This document shows positions 61,511-64,000 of a stretch of 64,000 nucleotides of DNA, in pieces. Every line of letters starts with the position of its first letter. The stretch's first letter is position 1. A program made the translations under genes and the position numbers. Source of the DNA: Mobula hypostoma (Eukaryota); the NCBI RefSeq assembly GCF_963921235.1, contig NC_086118.1, forward strand, positions 26,042,001 to 26,106,000, in the 5' to 3' direction. The notes below the pieces were generated by a model, which was not told the DNA's origin, searched no databases, and saw only the letters and a list, made by a program, of their open reading frames with translations.

Positions 61511-63703
61511 CTGCAAAACATTATTCATACATGTAAGACATTTTATTATCATCTGAAGTGATTTACCATTTACCAAAGCCATGTTATACAAACAAATGGG
61601 TACATAATACTTGTGAGTAAATTGACACTTATTTGTGTCTCAGTTGCTCAAAAGCAGTTTATCATTTTTTTAAAAAAAATATGAAAGCCTAGAAAGGGTA
61701 TTGTGTGATTGTGTTTTCCATTTCTTGAACGGGCAGGATGCAGGTTAATGTGTGCAAACCACATAATGGGAGGGGACTTCCTTGGTTTGTTGTGAAGATG
61801 TATTCAGAAATTTATTACAATTGCAGGCAGGGGAGAAATTAGTTGCAGTTAGCAGTCAACCTAGCTACATGCCAATCTACCGCAGGTAAAAATAATATAA
61901 GTAAACGTGCAGGTCCTTATTCAAGTTACCTATATCAATCGGACCCATGAGAGAATGTCTGAGAACAGATTCGCCACATGTTTCCTACCTGGAAGAGGTG
62001 CACAGTGATAAGGAAACATCCCTGTGAGGCACATGGAATATAATAATTCATTTGAAATTAATGGCCTGATCTGATGCTGTAAACTCAATCTAAAACATGA
62101 TTTTAATGCTTAAATATAAAACGTCAAAGTTCATACTGAAAAATCGATGCACTGAAATGTACATGTTTTAGTCCGTTAAATGATTGCTTATGTACTGCTC
62201 ATGCCAAATCTGAAGTCACTGAGAGAGAGAAAAAAAAAATTTGCAAAAGCAGATTATCTGTGCAATGACCCAGTCCTGTTAAAGGATCTCTACATAGTAG
62301 CTTAACTTTGGGTGGAGTGACACGGGCAGGAAATAGCATGCTAGGATGGGGGAAATGTGAAGGAGGAAGGACTAAATAAGAAGGACAATGAAAAATTGAC
62401 TGGGCGATGGGAAGGGGGAAACCTGCAGGCCCCCAGAGCCATGGAACGTCTATATGGGGAGGTAGATTAGTCAGGGAGCATTAGGTCCACAATCAGGAAG
62501 GAGGCAGGAGTCGCGATCAGCAGCAATCAGAATGGGCTGAGTACGAGGTTACAATCAGACCCCAGACTACGACAAAAATCATTTCACTACTTTTATCACA
62601 ACGTATCAACTCATTGTACCATCGCTAATAACAATGGCCCACTTAATCCGTTTTTTTGCAGGTAAGAGCACAAAACGTACTCACACATTAATGACATCAT
62701 TGCGTGCACAAGACCCAACAGGGAAATGGCATCAAGGAAGTTTTGGTGAAACACGCCACAGAGTTCCTGATCCAATGTTGCAATGTTAGTGGTTTCTCCA
62801 GGAAATGTGCAATAATAGCAAAACACAGCAAGGGTTGTGTTTCACCTGCTTTTAAGACTCAATAATGGATATAAATAGAGTTATACTAATCCAGGTTTGC
62901 AGCATAAGATTCTTATAATTCCTTAAACCATGAATGCATTAGTGATTTTGAACACTTTTTCATCATTTACTCCTATGGTATTGCTTATGTCATTTTACAG
63001 TTAGATTACTACTTTTTGAACCTGCATGTTAATTTCCAATAAGGACACTGGTTCCTAACAACTTTTGATCTCTTATCATATAGAAAATACACTACCTTCC
63101 TGTTTACCTATCAAAGTGGATGGCTCACAATTTTCCATCTGCCATATCCTTGCTGACTTATAGACCCACTTATATCCCCATAAAAGATGTCTTCAATTTA
63201 TTCATGGCCCATATTTCCATGTCATTTTCCTGCATCAACAAATCTGAGAAGCCTTCATCCCATCACCCAAGATTATGAACAGCTTGTGATGCAGTACCAT
63301 CTACAGCGGTATCTCATTAGTCATAAACTCCCGAGCTGAAAATGACCCTTTAACTTCAACTTGTTTTCTGTGCTTTAACCAAACTTTAATCCATTCTATT
63401 GCAATATTGGCAATACTTTGTGTTTTAACTTTGTTTAAACAAGTACTTTGAATGGTGTTTCTCAATATTTACCAGTTATCAGTTTCAATATTGTTGCAGG
63501 ATAATTCATATTCTAATAATAATACTTTATAGATCTCAAGTGGAAAATTCTTTTGTTACAGCAACACTTAAAAACACACTTAGCAGTGTGCTTAACTAAT
63601 AATAAATATTGAACAATAATAGTGTAACATAAAATGCATACCAAAGTGCAATAATGTACGAAATAATAAAACAGAGTCACTGGTACTATGATGTGTGTTC
63701 ACT

Positions 63704-64000
63704 TAGAACATAGAACATAGAAAACCTACAGCGCAATACAGGTCCTTCAGCCCACAAAGCTGTGCTGAACATGTCCTTACTTTAGAAATTATCTCGGGTT
63801 ACCCATAGCCCTCTATTTTTCTAAGCTTCATGTACCTGTCCAGGAATCTCTTAAAAGACCCTATTGTATCTGCCTCCACCACCGTTGCCAGCAGCCCATT
63901 CCACGCACTCACCACTCTGCATAAAAAACTTACCCCTGATATCTTCTCTGTACCTGCTTCCAAGCACCTTAAAGCTGTGCCCTCTCGTGCTAGCCATTCC
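63704..64000 (-). mobile_element. CR1 LINE 3' end, continuing past the window edge
   Basis: (TAGAACA)n tail on the plus strand; the minus strand encodes KFFMQRVVSAWNGL. Confidence 0.85.

Noticed and set aside
62648..62668. ttttttgcag|gtaag motif on the plus strand
   Set aside because: Antisense to the only supported gene, with no other exons on that strand.
61511..64000. Search for the first two PIK3R5 coding exons (…EDRIQHALERCL…, …WSLQELVSRDPGHF…)
   Set aside because: No match seen, so they probably lie beyond the window. The 62611-62826 ORF shows no similarity to p101.
1..64000. CRISPR arrays, tRNA/rRNA genes, prokaryotic operons or endogenous viral ORFs
   Set aside because: None seen. 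The tRNA-like boxes belong to SINE heads, and the recurring repeats are dispersed TE ends, not regularly spaced arrays.

Overview
Eukaryotic, AT-rich, repeat-dense vertebrate DNA. The repeat repertoire (CR1, HE1/V-SINE-like SINEs, Rex1/Babar, Penelope-derived hairpins, Tc1 MITEs) suggests a cartilaginous fish, probably a ray; this is an inference. The one host gene I can support is PIK3R5 (PI3K-gamma regulatory subunit p101) on the minus strand. I traced 16 GT-AG coding exons by hand from 61510 down to the TAG stop at 16410. They total 2400 nt in one continuous frame (799 aa plus stop), and the first ~68 aa lie beyond the right edge. The rest is mostly transposable elements: a full-length but frameshifted LINE-1 with a TSD inside a PIK3R5 intron, a young 5'-truncated Rex1/Babar LINE, nested CR1s, RTE pieces, SINEs and Tc1/Tigger remnants. 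The most unusual signal is a family of short palindromic Penelope-derived insertions with 12-15 bp TSDs that carry minimal type I hammerhead ribozyme motifs. One motif is intact (9237-9272) and another lies sense within the PIK3R5 pre-mRNA (42265-42300). All family assignments are from recognising motifs by eye; no searches were run.
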